A stretch of 63,985 nt of DNA, the filler included, from an uncultured archaeon (GTDB lineage: Archaea; Nanobdellota; Nanobdellia; Woesearchaeales; CAIVOO01), in the NCBI GenBank assembly GCA_903842985.1. It is 6 parts of 6 records of this genome, joined end to end, with 100 filler letters (N's around TTAATTAATTAA, not from the genome) between each part and the next. Parts side by side here need not be neighbours in the genome. Positions count along the whole stretch, not along the records: positions 1 to 22,324 come from CAIMOB010000023.1; positions 22,425 to 32,057 come from CAIMOB010000024.1; 4 more parts are not named here. One strand, given 5' to 3'. The translations under genes and the position numbers were made by a program. Under the pieces are notes generated by a model that was given only the letters and a program-made list of their open reading frames with translations, had not been told where the DNA came from and searched no databases. Every line of letters begins with the position of its first letter. Position 1 is the stretch's first letter. Shown here in pieces: positions 19,101 through 28,464 of this stretch.

Positions 19101-22100
19101 TTGTTGTAATTCCATAATTAATTGTCGAGTTTGCCAGTTCATTTGTTGTCCAGCTTATGACTGCTGTTGTGTTTGTAACTGTTCTGTTTGTAACGCCGGT
19201 GATTGTTGGCGGAGTTGTATCTGCAAAGACAAAAGGCGTAGTGAAGCTGTACCCTACATCTGTTTTGCAGTTGCCTGAAGCATCGCAGCTTGTGACATTG
19301 TAGTAATATGTCATGTTTGGTTCGAGACCTGTCAGCGTAATTGTATGCGAAGTGACATGTGCAGCAGATACTGTGTAGCTGCCTAACCCAGTTGTATTCC
19401 CATAATTTACAGTTGAATTTGCATTCTCATCAGTGTCCCAGATAATAATTGCAGTTGAATTTGTAACAGTTGAATTGTGCACACTTGAGATTGTTGGAGG
19501 AGTTGTATCTGGGTTTGCATTTGTCGTGAAGCTGTATCCTCCATCTGTGTTGCAGTTGCCTGAAGCATCGCAGCTTGTGACATTGTAGTAATATGTCTTG
19601 TTTGCCTGCAGCCCGGTCAATGTGAAGCTATGGCTTAATGTTAGTGTGGCATTCCTGTAAAATGTTCCCAAGCTTGTTGTAATTCCATAATTAATTGTCG
19701 AGTTTGCATTCTCGTTTGTATTCCAGCTGATGTCAGCTGTTTCGTTTGTGACTGTTCCGTTTGTCACGCTGTTGATTGTTGGAGGAGTTGTATCTGCCCC
19801 AACAGTCACACTAATTATTATTGATAATTTATTATTAGATGTATCATTAACTGAAATATTCAGCCAGTAAAACCCAGTATTCAGTCCTGTTTTGTTCTGC
19901 AGCACTCCAGTTGTCTTGTCAATCTTGAATTTTGTTGTATCATTCACCTTGTACTGACTAATCCCAGAAGAATCTGTTGCATTCACCTTGTAGTAAAGCG
20001 GGCTTCCCAAAGGTATAATTCTGCTTGTTGGCGTCAGGTTCCAAGTCGGTGGAGTCGTATCCTGAACAGTAACGTTTATTATTATGCTTAGTTTGTTGTT
20101 AGTTGTATCATTGACAGAAATATTTATCCATCTTACTCCGACAGGCAGCAAAGTATTGTTCTGCAGCACTCCAGTAATCTCATCTATTTTGAAGTATGTT
20201 GTATCATTCACATTATACTTGTCAACAGCCACATTATCTGTTGCATTCACATCATAGTAAAGCGGATAGGTAAATTCAGTAGTCCTGCTTGTTGGCGTCA
20301 GGTTCCAATTCGGTGGAGTTGTGTCAGCAGTTATCAGGACACTATCATTTATCTTCAATGTCTGAAAGCCTGATTTGCTGCAGGTAACATTCCACTTGTA
20401 CATACCGCTGCCTGCAAATGTTCTGTTCTGCTCGTAAAGTTTTGTTGTTGCATTGTAAACCATTGCTTTGCTGAAATCACTGAAATTAATTGCGCAGTTT
20501 GCTCCGGTTATCGGATTTCCATTGTTTTTTCTTGTGTAGTTTGCGAAGAACTTTACCTGCTGGTTTTTGTATTTTGTCAGCCCTGCATAAGGCATTCCAG
20601 CGTCTGTCTGGTCCCAGATCATCATCTGGGAATTTCCTTGCGTGACAAATGAGCTGAAGTGTGTTACATTGAACACTGCAGTTCCGGTAAGTGGGTCATA
20701 AGACACATTTGAGCATATTTCTGGCGGGCAGAGCGCTCCATCCATGTAAACAAGAGGTGTAGCATCCCACGTCAGGTTCCTCATAGTTATTGTTGCTGAC
20801 GAATTGAAGCTCAAATCCAGGCCGAAATTAACAGTTACATTGTTGTTCGCAAGCAGGACATTCACATTGAAGTTTGCGCCCAATGCGTTTACGCAATTAT
20901 TCCATTGTATAATGTCTGTTGCAGGATTGTCCAGCATTGCTGTACCATTGCAGACATTTGTTATGTTTGGCAGATTGTTCCAGTTTGTTGTGTTGCCTGA
21001 AAAGTAAGAATCTTTTGGAGCGCCAGATATGTTGACTATTAATTTTCTGTCTGCGCTTTGGTTAAAATTATTCGAAAAGTCATATGGCCTGCAGCTCCAG
21101 TTATAGTTTCCACTTGCGAGGTTGTGCAGGGAATATGTGCTTTTGTTTGAAGTTCCGCCTACATTGACACTGTTGTTCAATATTGTGTTTAAGTAAAGCT
21201 CTATTTTATTCAAGCCATAATTGTCTGCTGCAGAGCAGTTGAATGTCACATTTCCGTCAATATCAATGACATTGTTGACGGGACTTGTTAATGCTATTGT
21301 TGGTTTTTTTGTGTCGCTGGTTGTAACGCTCATCTCTGCGCTCAGTAGGTTGTTGTATGTGTCATTCACATAAATCATCAGCCATTTCGTGCCGAGAGGC
21401 AGCAAGATTCTGTTCTCCAATACGCCAAGGCTCCTGTCAATCTTAAAATTAGTTGTATCATTCACCCTGTACTTGCTAATTCCAGACGGGTCTGTCGCAT
21501 TCAAGTCATAGAATAACGAATCGCCCCACTCAATTGTCTTGTTTTGCGGGGCTTCTACCCACACAGGAGCCTGCGTATCCCTCACTGTTATGTTGATTCT
21601 TGTGCTCAGCACATTGTTTTTGGTGTCATTCACGTAAATCCTGAGCCATCTGATGCCCACAGGAATCAGCGTATTGTTCTGCAGCAATCCGCTTGTCTTG
21701 TTAATCTTGAAATAAGTGGTATCATTCACCCTGTACTGGCTGATGCCAGAAGCATCTGTTGCATTCACCTTGTAGGAATACGCAGTTGCAAATTCAATGG
21801 TCTGGTTCTTCGGTGTCTGCAACCATGTCGGAGCTCTTGTATCTACTGTTGTTATGTTAATCCTTGAACTTAAAATATTGTTATGAGTATCATTAACATA
21901 AATCATCAGCCATCTGGTTCCCATTGGAAGCAATGTATTATTCTCAATTACGCCTGTGATTTTATTTACGGTGAAGTATGTTGTGTCATTCACCCTATAC
22001 CTGCTGATTCCAGACAGGTCTGTTGCATTTACATCATAATAGAATTCAGTTGTGTATTCGTGCGTTAAATTCTGCGGTGTCTGAATCCATGTTGGAGCTC

Positions 22101-22323
22101 TTGTATCCCTTGTCGTCACATTAATCTTCGTGGACAAAACATTATTCTTTGTGTCGTTGACATACAGCGTCAGCCATCTGATGCCCACAGGAATCAGCGT
22201 ATTGTTCTGCAGCAATCCACTTGTTTTGTTAATCTTGAAATAAGTGGTATCATTCACCCTGTACTGGCTGATGCCAGAAGCATCTGTTGCATTCACCTTG
22301 TAGGAATACGCAGCTGCAAATTC
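16168..22323 (-). CDS. Giant (>2050 aa, 5'-truncated) surface protein with Ig/cadherin-like and FN3-like repeats and a multi-TM anchor
   Basis: Open to the contig edge. Repeated NATDxSGISxYRVNDTT units, FN3-like ISWxTNExANSTINYG units, VTHFS/VTGFS domain ends, five TM segments and a charged tail. Confidence 0.85.
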   Translation of the reverse strand, partial: EFAAAYSYKVNATDASGISQYRVNDTTYFKINKTSGLLQNNTLIPVGIRWLTLYVNDTKNNVLSTKINVTTRDTRAPTWIQTPQNLTHEYTTEFYYDVNATDLSGISRYRVNDTTYFTVNKITGVIENNTLLPMGTRWLMIYVNDTHNNILSSRINITTVDTRAPTWLQTPKNQTIEFATAYSYKVNATDASGISQYRVNDTTYFKINKTSGLLQNNTLIPVGIRWLRIYVNDTKNNVLSTRINITVRDTQAPVWVEAPQNKTIEWGDSLFYDLNATDPSGISKYRVNDTTNFKIDRSLGVLENRILLPLGTKWLMIYVNDTYNNLLSAEMSVTTSDTKKPTIALTSPVNNVIDIDGNVTFNCSAADNYGLNKIELYLNTILNNSVNVGGTSNKSTYSLHNLASGNYNWSCRPYDFSNNFNQSADRKLIVNISGAPKDSYFSGNTTNWNNLPNITNVCNGTAMLDNPATDIIQWNNCVNALGANFNVNVLLANNNVTVNFGLDLSFNSSATITMRNLTWDATPLVYMDGALCPPEICSNVSYDPLTGTAVFNVTHFSSFVTQGNSQMMIWDQTDAGMPYAGLTKYKNQQVKFFANYTRKNNGNPITGANCAINFSDFSKAMVYNATTKLYEQNRTFAGSGMYKWNVTCSKSGFQTLKINDSVLITADTTPPNWNLTPTSRTTEFTYPLYYDVNATDNVAVDKYNVNDTTYFKIDEITGVLQNNTLLPVGVRWINISVNDTTNNKLSIIINVTVQDTTPPTWNLTPTSRIIPLGSPLYYKVNATDSSGISQYKVNDTTKFKIDKTTGVLQNKTGLNTGFYWLNISVNDTSNNKLSIIISVTVGADTTPPTINSVTNGTVTNETADISWNTNENANSTINYGITTSLGTFYRNATLTLSHSFTLTGLQANKTYYYNVTSCDASGNCNTDGGYSFTTNANPDTTPPTISSVHNSTVTNSTAIIIWDTDENANSTVNYGNTTGLGSYTVSAAHVTSHTITLTGLEPNMTYYYNVTSCDASGNCKTDVGYSFTTPFVFADTTPPTITGVTNRTVTNTTAVISWTTNELANSTINYGITTSLGTFYRNATLTLSHSFTLTGLQANKTYYYNVSSCDAYNNCRTDAGSSFKTNANAVLDTTPPAWLQTPKNQTIEWGAAFHYRVNATDPSGISQYWVNDTTNFDMNPATGVIQNNTGLQVKKYWIRIYVNDTRNNVRSSRIYVNVRDTTPPVISSVHNSTITNSTAIIIWNTNENANSTINYGLTTSLGTRYRNATLVTAHDYMLTGLQANKTYYYKVTSCDAYKNCVTSSAYSFKTTTHIPPTIKSASATPLVAITGTSVSLFINATDAHLDRVWAVVLMPNSSTETISLANAAVYNYATPTLAGRYNVTFYANNTARDTASAVKYFIIQPVIYLNATVINHNGAGINSEIIFYYAGTNIKDNTSSTGNFTNIDIANYLYDIEFYAFTGKFMVKLNGVNLSHNNNRIFGMERNTTYPGYIVVYSVNNSYTFTNAVVYLSYSGLSYTNENYLKVYKCSNWDFASQRCLSSFAALTSTQNKTGDYFTATVTGFSAFAIKQESAPTQPSGGGGGGEGTAHTGGGGGAGGATKLESKEESLIISTCLKLNQKVYFYSHEKKYEAILTSFKGNKSVLIVGKYNIEFENAMNKTLDLDENGVIDTKIEGIGPDTDRWCFKLYELKEKQKEKIPPVANVTKAQENVTKELPTVVKKPKNIWYYLILALFMIPFIVFGAIRYSHKRIRAKEVKKWLESYSKAAIFGSLLVLAVILLIRPMTTGFSVFAGKVVPLAVKNSETILILVVLSITLLSLVQFANRNKIFVSKEIVVHKKRGQLIKKAVRYRWIGVFAVVLFLIGIIIQPVVTGLTIFKNAIASNISLLLNIAEAVLIAVALFMMVNYFNDKDRVSFGKEVITIKKPSNFAFVKRAGKKIKNRVTRLISEMPQKEIRLNTITSVKKKEDIPVHKIEEKKLPEPDKKEEEESKFRQIMKERVYNYIEYKKKQEKKKAEAQPKEKIMLKKSAESRNEIKEKMINSLNEVYGK
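19007..19134. repeat. Near-identical intragenic repeat (128 bp; other copy at 19580-19707)
   Basis: Direct comparison shows one mismatch. Confidence 0.9.
21644..21796. repeat. Near-identical intragenic repeat (153 bp; other copy at 22172-22324, where the contig ends)
   Basis: Three mismatches by direct comparison; a related copy lies near 13075-13270 in the other adhesin. Confidence 0.9.
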
Positions 22324-22324
22324 A

Positions 22325-22424
22325 NNNNNNNNNNNNNNNNNNNNNNNNNNNNNNNNNNNNNNNNNNNNTTAATTAATTAANNNNNNNNNNNNNNNNNNNN
22401 NNNNNNNNNNNNNNNNNNNNNNNN
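22325..22424. other. Artificial contig linker
   Basis: N-run, TTAATTAATTAA (stops in six frames), N-run. Confidence 0.99.
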
Positions 22425-25400
22425 CCAAAAGCAGTTCTTTTAAGACCTTATGATATTAACGATGGCATCACCAAATGCACACGCCCAACACCCGGCTGCA
22501 TAGCAGATGTTTCTAACTTTGATGTTTCGAGCCATTTGGTTTACAACGATAGTCTAGAACGATTTAATGCCCTAAATCTTATTTACCCTAGAGAGTATGG
22601 TAGTTCAGATGACACGGTTTTAGCTAATTTCTCTTCATTCGATGTTGCAGCACAAGGAGAATTCGCCATGGAAGGAGATTACAAATGGTGTTGGCCTGTT
22701 GCGAAAAATAAAGACGGAACAGATTCTTGCCTTCACCTGCAAAAAGCCTACAGCGTCAGCTGGGACACAAACAATACAATGTGCGAGAAAGCGCCTAAGA
22801 ATGGCGAATGGAAATTCAAGTGGCTCCAGAAAGGGAATGTAAAAGAAATTGGAACCTGCGCAGGAGACGACGCAGTTATCAACCCAGGGTTTGAGGTTCC
22901 GCAAGGCAAGTGGTTTGAGTGGGATACATCAGACTGCTCATCTTGTATAGTTGACTCAAGAGTAAGCCATACAGGAGCAAATAGCTTTGCAATATTTGCA
23001 CAATCGGATTCGATAACATCAAACAACAAATATGGTCCGGGAACTTTATCTTTTTGGGCAAAGACGAAAAACGCATATTTATTATCCCCAGTTATACCCT
23101 CCCTTAGTACAATTGGTACAAATGACTGGAAGCATTATTCTATTAAACTTACTACATCAGATAAAATCACATTCAAAGCACAAATTAACCCAGGAGGCGG
23201 CGTCTGGATAGATGATGTGCAGGTAATCAAATCAGCAGGCAACCCAAGCGACCTTGGCAATATTGAGACAGATGTTGACGACAAAAATTACATTGGTTAT
23301 TTTACTGGCACAAACTGGGACTGGCTTGATGCAGGCAAGATGGACAATCTTTTCAAGGTATACACAGCAGACGGCTCTGATATTGTCTCAAATTCTGTTG
23401 ACTGGAGCCAGTGCGGCATCAATTTTGCCTCGCCAAAGGTTGTTGACTCTACTACTTCGGTTAAGAATGTCCTGCAGTACTTCCCCGGCGGAAGCGTCCC
23501 GACTGTTGCAACAAACACAATGAGCGGACCGACAATCCCGGACATCACCTCAATGTCAGGTGCATACATACCTGCTGACAAATTTGCGGAAGGGATTGCA
23601 GTTTACAAAGTGAATGAGGCAGGCGAAATCGTGGGGAAGCCAGGCGTTATCGGCGGAGTTCCGTATGATGTCTACCCAAGTTCGCTGAACACAAATGCAT
23701 ACCTTTCAAGAAGATTCATCTGCTCCCAAAATGATAATTTTAACATGTTCACAGAATGCTGCGGCTACAATCTTGCCAACTGCATAAACGGCAAAGCAGG
23801 GGATGCAACAAGGACAAGAAGGACAGGGGATGTCTTGAGCTCAATCTGGGAATTTGTGCCGACAATGGACTCCACAAACTATGCCTTAATCTTTGGTTTC
23901 CCTTATTCTCAGACAGTTAATTACAACCTGCCCCTGAAAACAGAGTTGGCAGACAAGCCAATTTATAACTGGGCCAACTATAAATATCTGGAGTTCTACA
24001 TTGATTCTGCGTTGGTCAACTTTGATAATTACCTGCGCATAATTGTTTTAGATAAGATAATGCCTTCTGACTGCACTATTTATGACAAGGATGGTATCTT
24101 ATTGGATTGTGCTAAAAATAATATTTTATTAAATGAATTAGTCGCAGGGCACATTGTCAATCAGCCCGAAGACCAGAGATGGATGCACGTGAAAATTCCT
24201 TTAACAACAGACTTTAATGGTAGAAATGTTCAGCAAATATCATTTTATGCAGTGCAAAAAGATGTTGACAAGAGCCACGCGGTTGTGCACCCTGCACTTG
24301 GCACAGATAATAGCTTCAGGAATGTCTTTGCAATTGACAGGATTTTCCTGTCAAGCGACACCAGTCTAACACAATACTGCTCAGCATTCCCGCTTGCTCA
24401 GCCGCTTAACGACCCAAAGAATGGGTTTATGTGGATTGACGAGAGTTCTAACAAGCATTACCTAAATGATGCCGCATACATTGACGCAGGCAACCAGCCA
24501 ATAGGCAGAGTCATCTGCGACAGCACGCCTGGCTGGGGTTGGACAGGAACAATGTGCTGCGGCGTCGATGTTTTACCTAGTAATGTCGGTAAGTCATTCG
24601 TTGACACTCTCGGCGGCTGCATAAAGGGCAGACCTGTGATGAATGACACTGTCATGAATGTAACTTATGTAAGCGGAACTCTTCTACCAAAAGCAGACCT
24701 CTATTTCCTGAATGGCAAATTTTATAGTTGCGGAGAATCATCTGCAAATTTAAATTTAATCAAAACCGAGTTTGGTTTTTCAGGAAAGATAGAAGAAGCA
24801 ACAGCAACCTGGTCTACACCAAGCCCGGGCTATTGCACCCCAACCAGGCAAGGTCTTGGCTCGTATTACTGCGAAATCTCAACCCACAATTGGCAGAAAA
24901 AGGATGCCTATTCAGGGCAGAATATAAACGAGACAAAATTCACATTCCTTACTTATCCAACACCGCCATCAACTAAAGATAACACAAATTCAAAATGCTG
25001 CCCGCAGAACTGGTGCGCTCTTAACTCAGGAACATGTGTTCCTGACCAATCGAAGGAATTCGGCATGACAGGCACGGGAATGCCTTGGAATTATTCAAGG
25101 GCATTGGTAAACAGAAACTATGTTCCCCCTGTTTGCAGCGCTGACAGAAGTGTAGTGTCATGTACATCAGGAGTTCTTAGCTGTGCAGCAGGCAAAGGCA
25201 CTCCAATCTGCGACAATGGCGGAAACCCTGCCTGTGTGTCGTCAACCTCGCCGTCACTACTAGATACGCCTGTCTGCGAGAAATGGGGCAGGGGCACTGG
25301 TGCATTCACAAAATCACAATATCCTGACTTTACAGCAACAGCAAAGCGCTGTGTAAATGGGAATTGGATTGGCGTTGTTCCAAAGTCAAATCCAACATTC

Positions 25401-27929
25401 ACAGAAACTGGCTACTGCATGAACAGCACATTGTGTTACTTTAACTCTGCAAGAGGCTGCGTAGAACCAGGCTTCTATGTGGGAGACAAATACTGCGAGG
25501 GACTTGACACAAATGCCGACTCAAAGTTTGAAGACGCCAACTGGACATCAAGGACAAAGCAGATTGCATTGAGGCTTGCTGCGATTGCAGTAGGCAAAAC
25601 CTCATACACAATTTATTGTGACAGCTATGACAAGGTGTTGAACGAATACAGCTACATTCTCCCATGGGACTCAACAGCAAACATAAAGAACATACTTAAC
25701 GATGCAAACAACATCTGCGTCCTGAGATACAATGATGGCAGAGAGCATGTTGTTGTCGGGGCAAGCCTTAACACTCCAGTTAATTCAAAGCAGTCCCCGG
25801 ATAAATCATTCCTCAAGCTCTTCAACGAGTCAAAATCAGTTTTAGGAACATACATGGACTTCTGCGACAAGGCAATTGAAGTGGGGAACTCCTCAGATGT
25901 TTACAAGGGTTGCATAAATAGAAATTCAGCAGGCGGTGGGGCAAAAATCTGGTACAACAACAAGACGCAGTCAATAATCTATTCAATTGAGGGAATATCT
26001 TCAATAAGTTCAATAGCGCCGGCATCAAGCTGGTGGAGTATATTGGTTAATAACATAAAAGCAAAACTTGGCCTTTCAAGTTATCAAGATGCGCTTTCAC
26101 CATACAAGTTTATAGCAAATTTGACAGATTTCAAGAAGATTTACGTAGATGACCTCGGGTCAACCAAGCACATAACCGGGATTGTTGAGTCAGTTGGCTC
26201 AGGCGCAGGTGAAGTGATGATAATAAATTACCAAGGCATTGCAGGTAACCTGTGCACAAACCCGACAATATCTAACCTGCTGAAAGCAGATACACTTTAT
26301 GCAAATGCATGCTCTGAACTTTATTCATCAGGCGAGACATACATGACAAAAGACCCAACAATTATAATGAAATACTGGAATGAGCTGACAACAAGGACAA
26401 GGCTCTTCCAGTTTGGGGAGCTTAAATCAGTGAATCTCGGAACTGCTGGCGTGACAATTGCTCCGGCAAACACAAGCATCACAGAGCCAAAAGCAGGGGA
26501 TGACATCACAATTACTTTTGCTGACTCAACAATAGGCAGCAGGTTAAGCCAGCTTCAGTATTTCACAATTGATTATGGCGACAGCAGTGCATTGCGTTCA
26601 TCGACATCGTTCTCAGCTATTGCAACATTGCACCACATGTATGGAAAAAGAGGCACTTACATAGTCACTCTTACTGCCGTAGGCAGGATTGGGGATACTA
26701 CATATTCTGTGAGAAATTATGGTACGGTCACAATCTATGATTCGCTTCCAACAATTAGACAATTTACTTTCATACCAACAGCAGCAACCTCAAGTTCTGA
26801 CATACAATGTCAGGTGTATGCAAGCGACTATGATACAGATTCTCTTTATCCATTTTCAGTTGTTATAGAAATGAATGGCAAAACACTGAATGTGCCTTCA
26901 GGCAATTGGTATTATGGTTCTTGGTACGATAGGGGGGATACAATTAATTTCAATTGTGCAAAGTATGGGTGCGTGAAAGGGACTCTTAAATGCATAGCAA
27001 ATGTCTGCGATCCTTGGGGCTGCACAACAGAGAGCCGCAACATAACAATCACTAACTCTGCGCCAACAGCTCCGACAACAGTAAAAATAATGCCTTCTGC
27101 ACCATACACAAGCACTTTGCTGACCTGCACAGCATCAGGCTCAACAGATTATGATGGCGACTCGCTGACTTATGAATACAAATTTACAAGCGGAGCAGAC
27201 ACACTGCAGGACTGGTCTGCGCAAAACACGCTTGACTGCTCAACCACAGCTGGCTGCGACAAAGGAAAAGAAATCAAATGCAATGCAAGAGCCACTGACA
27301 GAACAGACTCAAGCCAGTCGATTTCAGCATCTGTTACAATCCAGAATTCAGCGCCCGTCATTAACTTCATAGGCGATAAATCAGTCGGTATTGGAAAACT
27401 GCTTGAATTTACAGTAACAGCTTCAGACGCAGATAATGATTTGATATATTATAGTCAAAAAGACATTCCGGCAGGCGCAAGCTTTGTTGACAATGGTGCT
27501 GGAACAGCGACATTCTCCTGGACGCCTACAACGAGCGAAACTGGAACATACACACCAACATTTACTGCAATTGATGAGGACTATGCTACAGACACTGAGC
27601 AGATAACAATAACTGCAAGCGCGCCACTTGATTCTGACGGCGACGGAATAGTGGATTCATTAGATAACTGTGTAAGTGTTTCCAATACAAACCAGCTAGA
27701 CAGCAACGGTAACGGAATAGGTGATGCCTGTGAAGCCTCACCAGCTGACTCTGACAAAGATGGAATCCCAGACGCAGCAGACAACTGCCCAACTGTTTCC
27801 AATCTTGACCAGGCAGACAGCGATGCCGATGGAATAGGAAATGCCTGTGACAACTGTAAATCCGTTGCAAATCCAGACCAGTTAGATACAGATGGCGACG
27901 GCAAAGGAGATGCCTGTGACGCATCATGA
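22425..27929 (+). CDS. Giant Cys-rich extracellular protein (5'-truncated) with CBM-like, PKD, Ig-like and thrombospondin type 3 repeats
   Basis: Open from the contig edge. INPGFE...WIDDV CBM-like domain, IDYGD...HMYGKRGTY PKD, DSDGDGIxDxxDNC repeats at the C-terminus. Confidence 0.8.
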   Translation, partial: PKAVLLRPYDINDGITKCTRPTPGCIADVSNFDVSSHLVYNDSLERFNALNLIYPREYGSSDDTVLANFSSFDVAAQGEFAMEGDYKWCWPVAKNKDGTDSCLHLQKAYSVSWDTNNTMCEKAPKNGEWKFKWLQKGNVKEIGTCAGDDAVINPGFEVPQGKWFEWDTSDCSSCIVDSRVSHTGANSFAIFAQSDSITSNNKYGPGTLSFWAKTKNAYLLSPVIPSLSTIGTNDWKHYSIKLTTSDKITFKAQINPGGGVWIDDVQVIKSAGNPSDLGNIETDVDDKNYIGYFTGTNWDWLDAGKMDNLFKVYTADGSDIVSNSVDWSQCGINFASPKVVDSTTSVKNVLQYFPGGSVPTVATNTMSGPTIPDITSMSGAYIPADKFAEGIAVYKVNEAGEIVGKPGVIGGVPYDVYPSSLNTNAYLSRRFICSQNDNFNMFTECCGYNLANCINGKAGDATRTRRTGDVLSSIWEFVPTMDSTNYALIFGFPYSQTVNYNLPLKTELADKPIYNWANYKYLEFYIDSALVNFDNYLRIIVLDKIMPSDCTIYDKDGILLDCAKNNILLNELVAGHIVNQPEDQRWMHVKIPLTTDFNGRNVQQISFYAVQKDVDKSHAVVHPALGTDNSFRNVFAIDRIFLSSDTSLTQYCSAFPLAQPLNDPKNGFMWIDESSNKHYLNDAAYIDAGNQPIGRVICDSTPGWGWTGTMCCGVDVLPSNVGKSFVDTLGGCIKGRPVMNDTVMNVTYVSGTLLPKADLYFLNGKFYSCGESSANLNLIKTEFGFSGKIEEATATWSTPSPGYCTPTRQGLGSYYCEISTHNWQKKDAYSGQNINETKFTFLTYPTPPSTKDNTNSKCCPQNWCALNSGTCVPDQSKEFGMTGTGMPWNYSRALVNRNYVPPVCSADRSVVSCTSGVLSCAAGKGTPICDNGGNPACVSSTSPSLLDTPVCEKWGRGTGAFTKSQYPDFTATAKRCVNGNWIGVVPKSNPTFTETGYCMNSTLCYFNSARGCVEPGFYVGDKYCEGLDTNADSKFEDANWTSRTKQIALRLAAIAVGKTSYTIYCDSYDKVLNEYSYILPWDSTANIKNILNDANNICVLRYNDGREHVVVGASLNTPVNSKQSPDKSFLKLFNESKSVLGTYMDFCDKAIEVGNSSDVYKGCINRNSAGGGAKIWYNNKTQSIIYSIEGISSISSIAPASSWWSILVNNIKAKLGLSSYQDALSPYKFIANLTDFKKIYVDDLGSTKHITGIVESVGSGAGEVMIINYQGIAGNLCTNPTISNLLKADTLYANACSELYSSGETYMTKDPTIIMKYWNELTTRTRLFQFGELKSVNLGTAGVTIAPANTSITEPKAGDDITITFADSTIGSRLSQLQYFTIDYGDSSALRSSTSFSAIATLHHMYGKRGTYIVTLTAVGRIGDTTYSVRNYGTVTIYDSLPTIRQFTFIPTAATSSSDIQCQVYASDYDTDSLYPFSVVIEMNGKTLNVPSGNWYYGSWYDRGDTINFNCAKYGCVKGTLKCIANVCDPWGCTTESRNITITNSAPTAPTTVKIMPSAPYTSTLLTCTASGSTDYDGDSLTYEYKFTSGADTLQDWSAQNTLDCSTTAGCDKGKEIKCNARATDRTDSSQSISASVTIQNSAPVINFIGDKSVGIGKLLEFTVTASDADNDLIYYSQKDIPAGASFVDNGAGTATFSWTPTTSETGTYTPTFTAIDEDYATDTEQITITASAPLDSDGDGIVDSLDNCVSVSNTNQLDSNGNGIGDACEASPADSDKDGIPDAADNCPTVSNLDQADSDADGIGNACDNCKSVANPDQLDTDGDGKGDACDAS

Positions 27930-28429
27930 TCAGCAGGAAATCACAAGCTAACTCAATATTTATTTACATTCTTGCTTTGGTAATTATTGCAGGGATATTC
28001 TTTCTCGGATACAAGATGATATCATCTGTCTCAAAGACAGCGTCTGATGCAGAGCTCCAGGCGTTTGTCAAGGGCTTCCAGAATGATGCAAACGGAATAA
28101 TTGCAGAGTATGACAACATAAGGACTTTTGAAAAAGCAGTTCCAATGAAATACACTTCTGTCTGCTTCGCAGACACAACGCCTGCAAGAAGAAATACAAT
28201 CATGGCAGCAGGTCCCGGAGCAGACATTAATGCGTACGCAATTATCAACGACAGCATCAGCTCAAACTCAGCAAACAACGTCTTCATCATCGATGGCCAG
28301 ATTGTGGCGTTCAAGATAAAGGGTTTAAGGCTGTCGGCACCCCCATACTACAAATGCTACCCAAACACAGGCACAGTTTCATACACCCTGCAGGGCAAGG
28401 GCGAGTACGTACTTCTGATTATATCATAA
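27926..28429 (+). CDS. Type IV pilin-like protein (class III signal peptide)
   Basis: MISRKS/QANSIFIYILALVIIAG. Confidence 0.75.
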   Translation: MISRKSQANSIFIYILALVIIAGIFFLGYKMISSVSKTASDAELQAFVKGFQNDANGIIAEYDNIRTFEKAVPMKYTSVCFADTTPARRNTIMAAGPGADINAYAIINDSISSNSANNVFIIDGQIVAFKIKGLRLSAPPYYKCYPNTGTVSYTLQGKGEYVLLIIS

Positions 28430-28464
28430 AAACATTTAAATAAACAGGAAAAAACAGCATACTT

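Noticed and set aside
18400..22324. Repeat pairs as a CRISPR array or DGR template/variable repeats
   Set aside because: They are in-frame protein-domain repeats with very few mismatches and no spacer pattern, and the window has no cas or reverse transcriptase gene
22325..22424. TTAATTAATTAA palindrome recurring five times
   Set aside because: Always centred in N-runs; an artificial contig joiner, so adjacency across it carries no information
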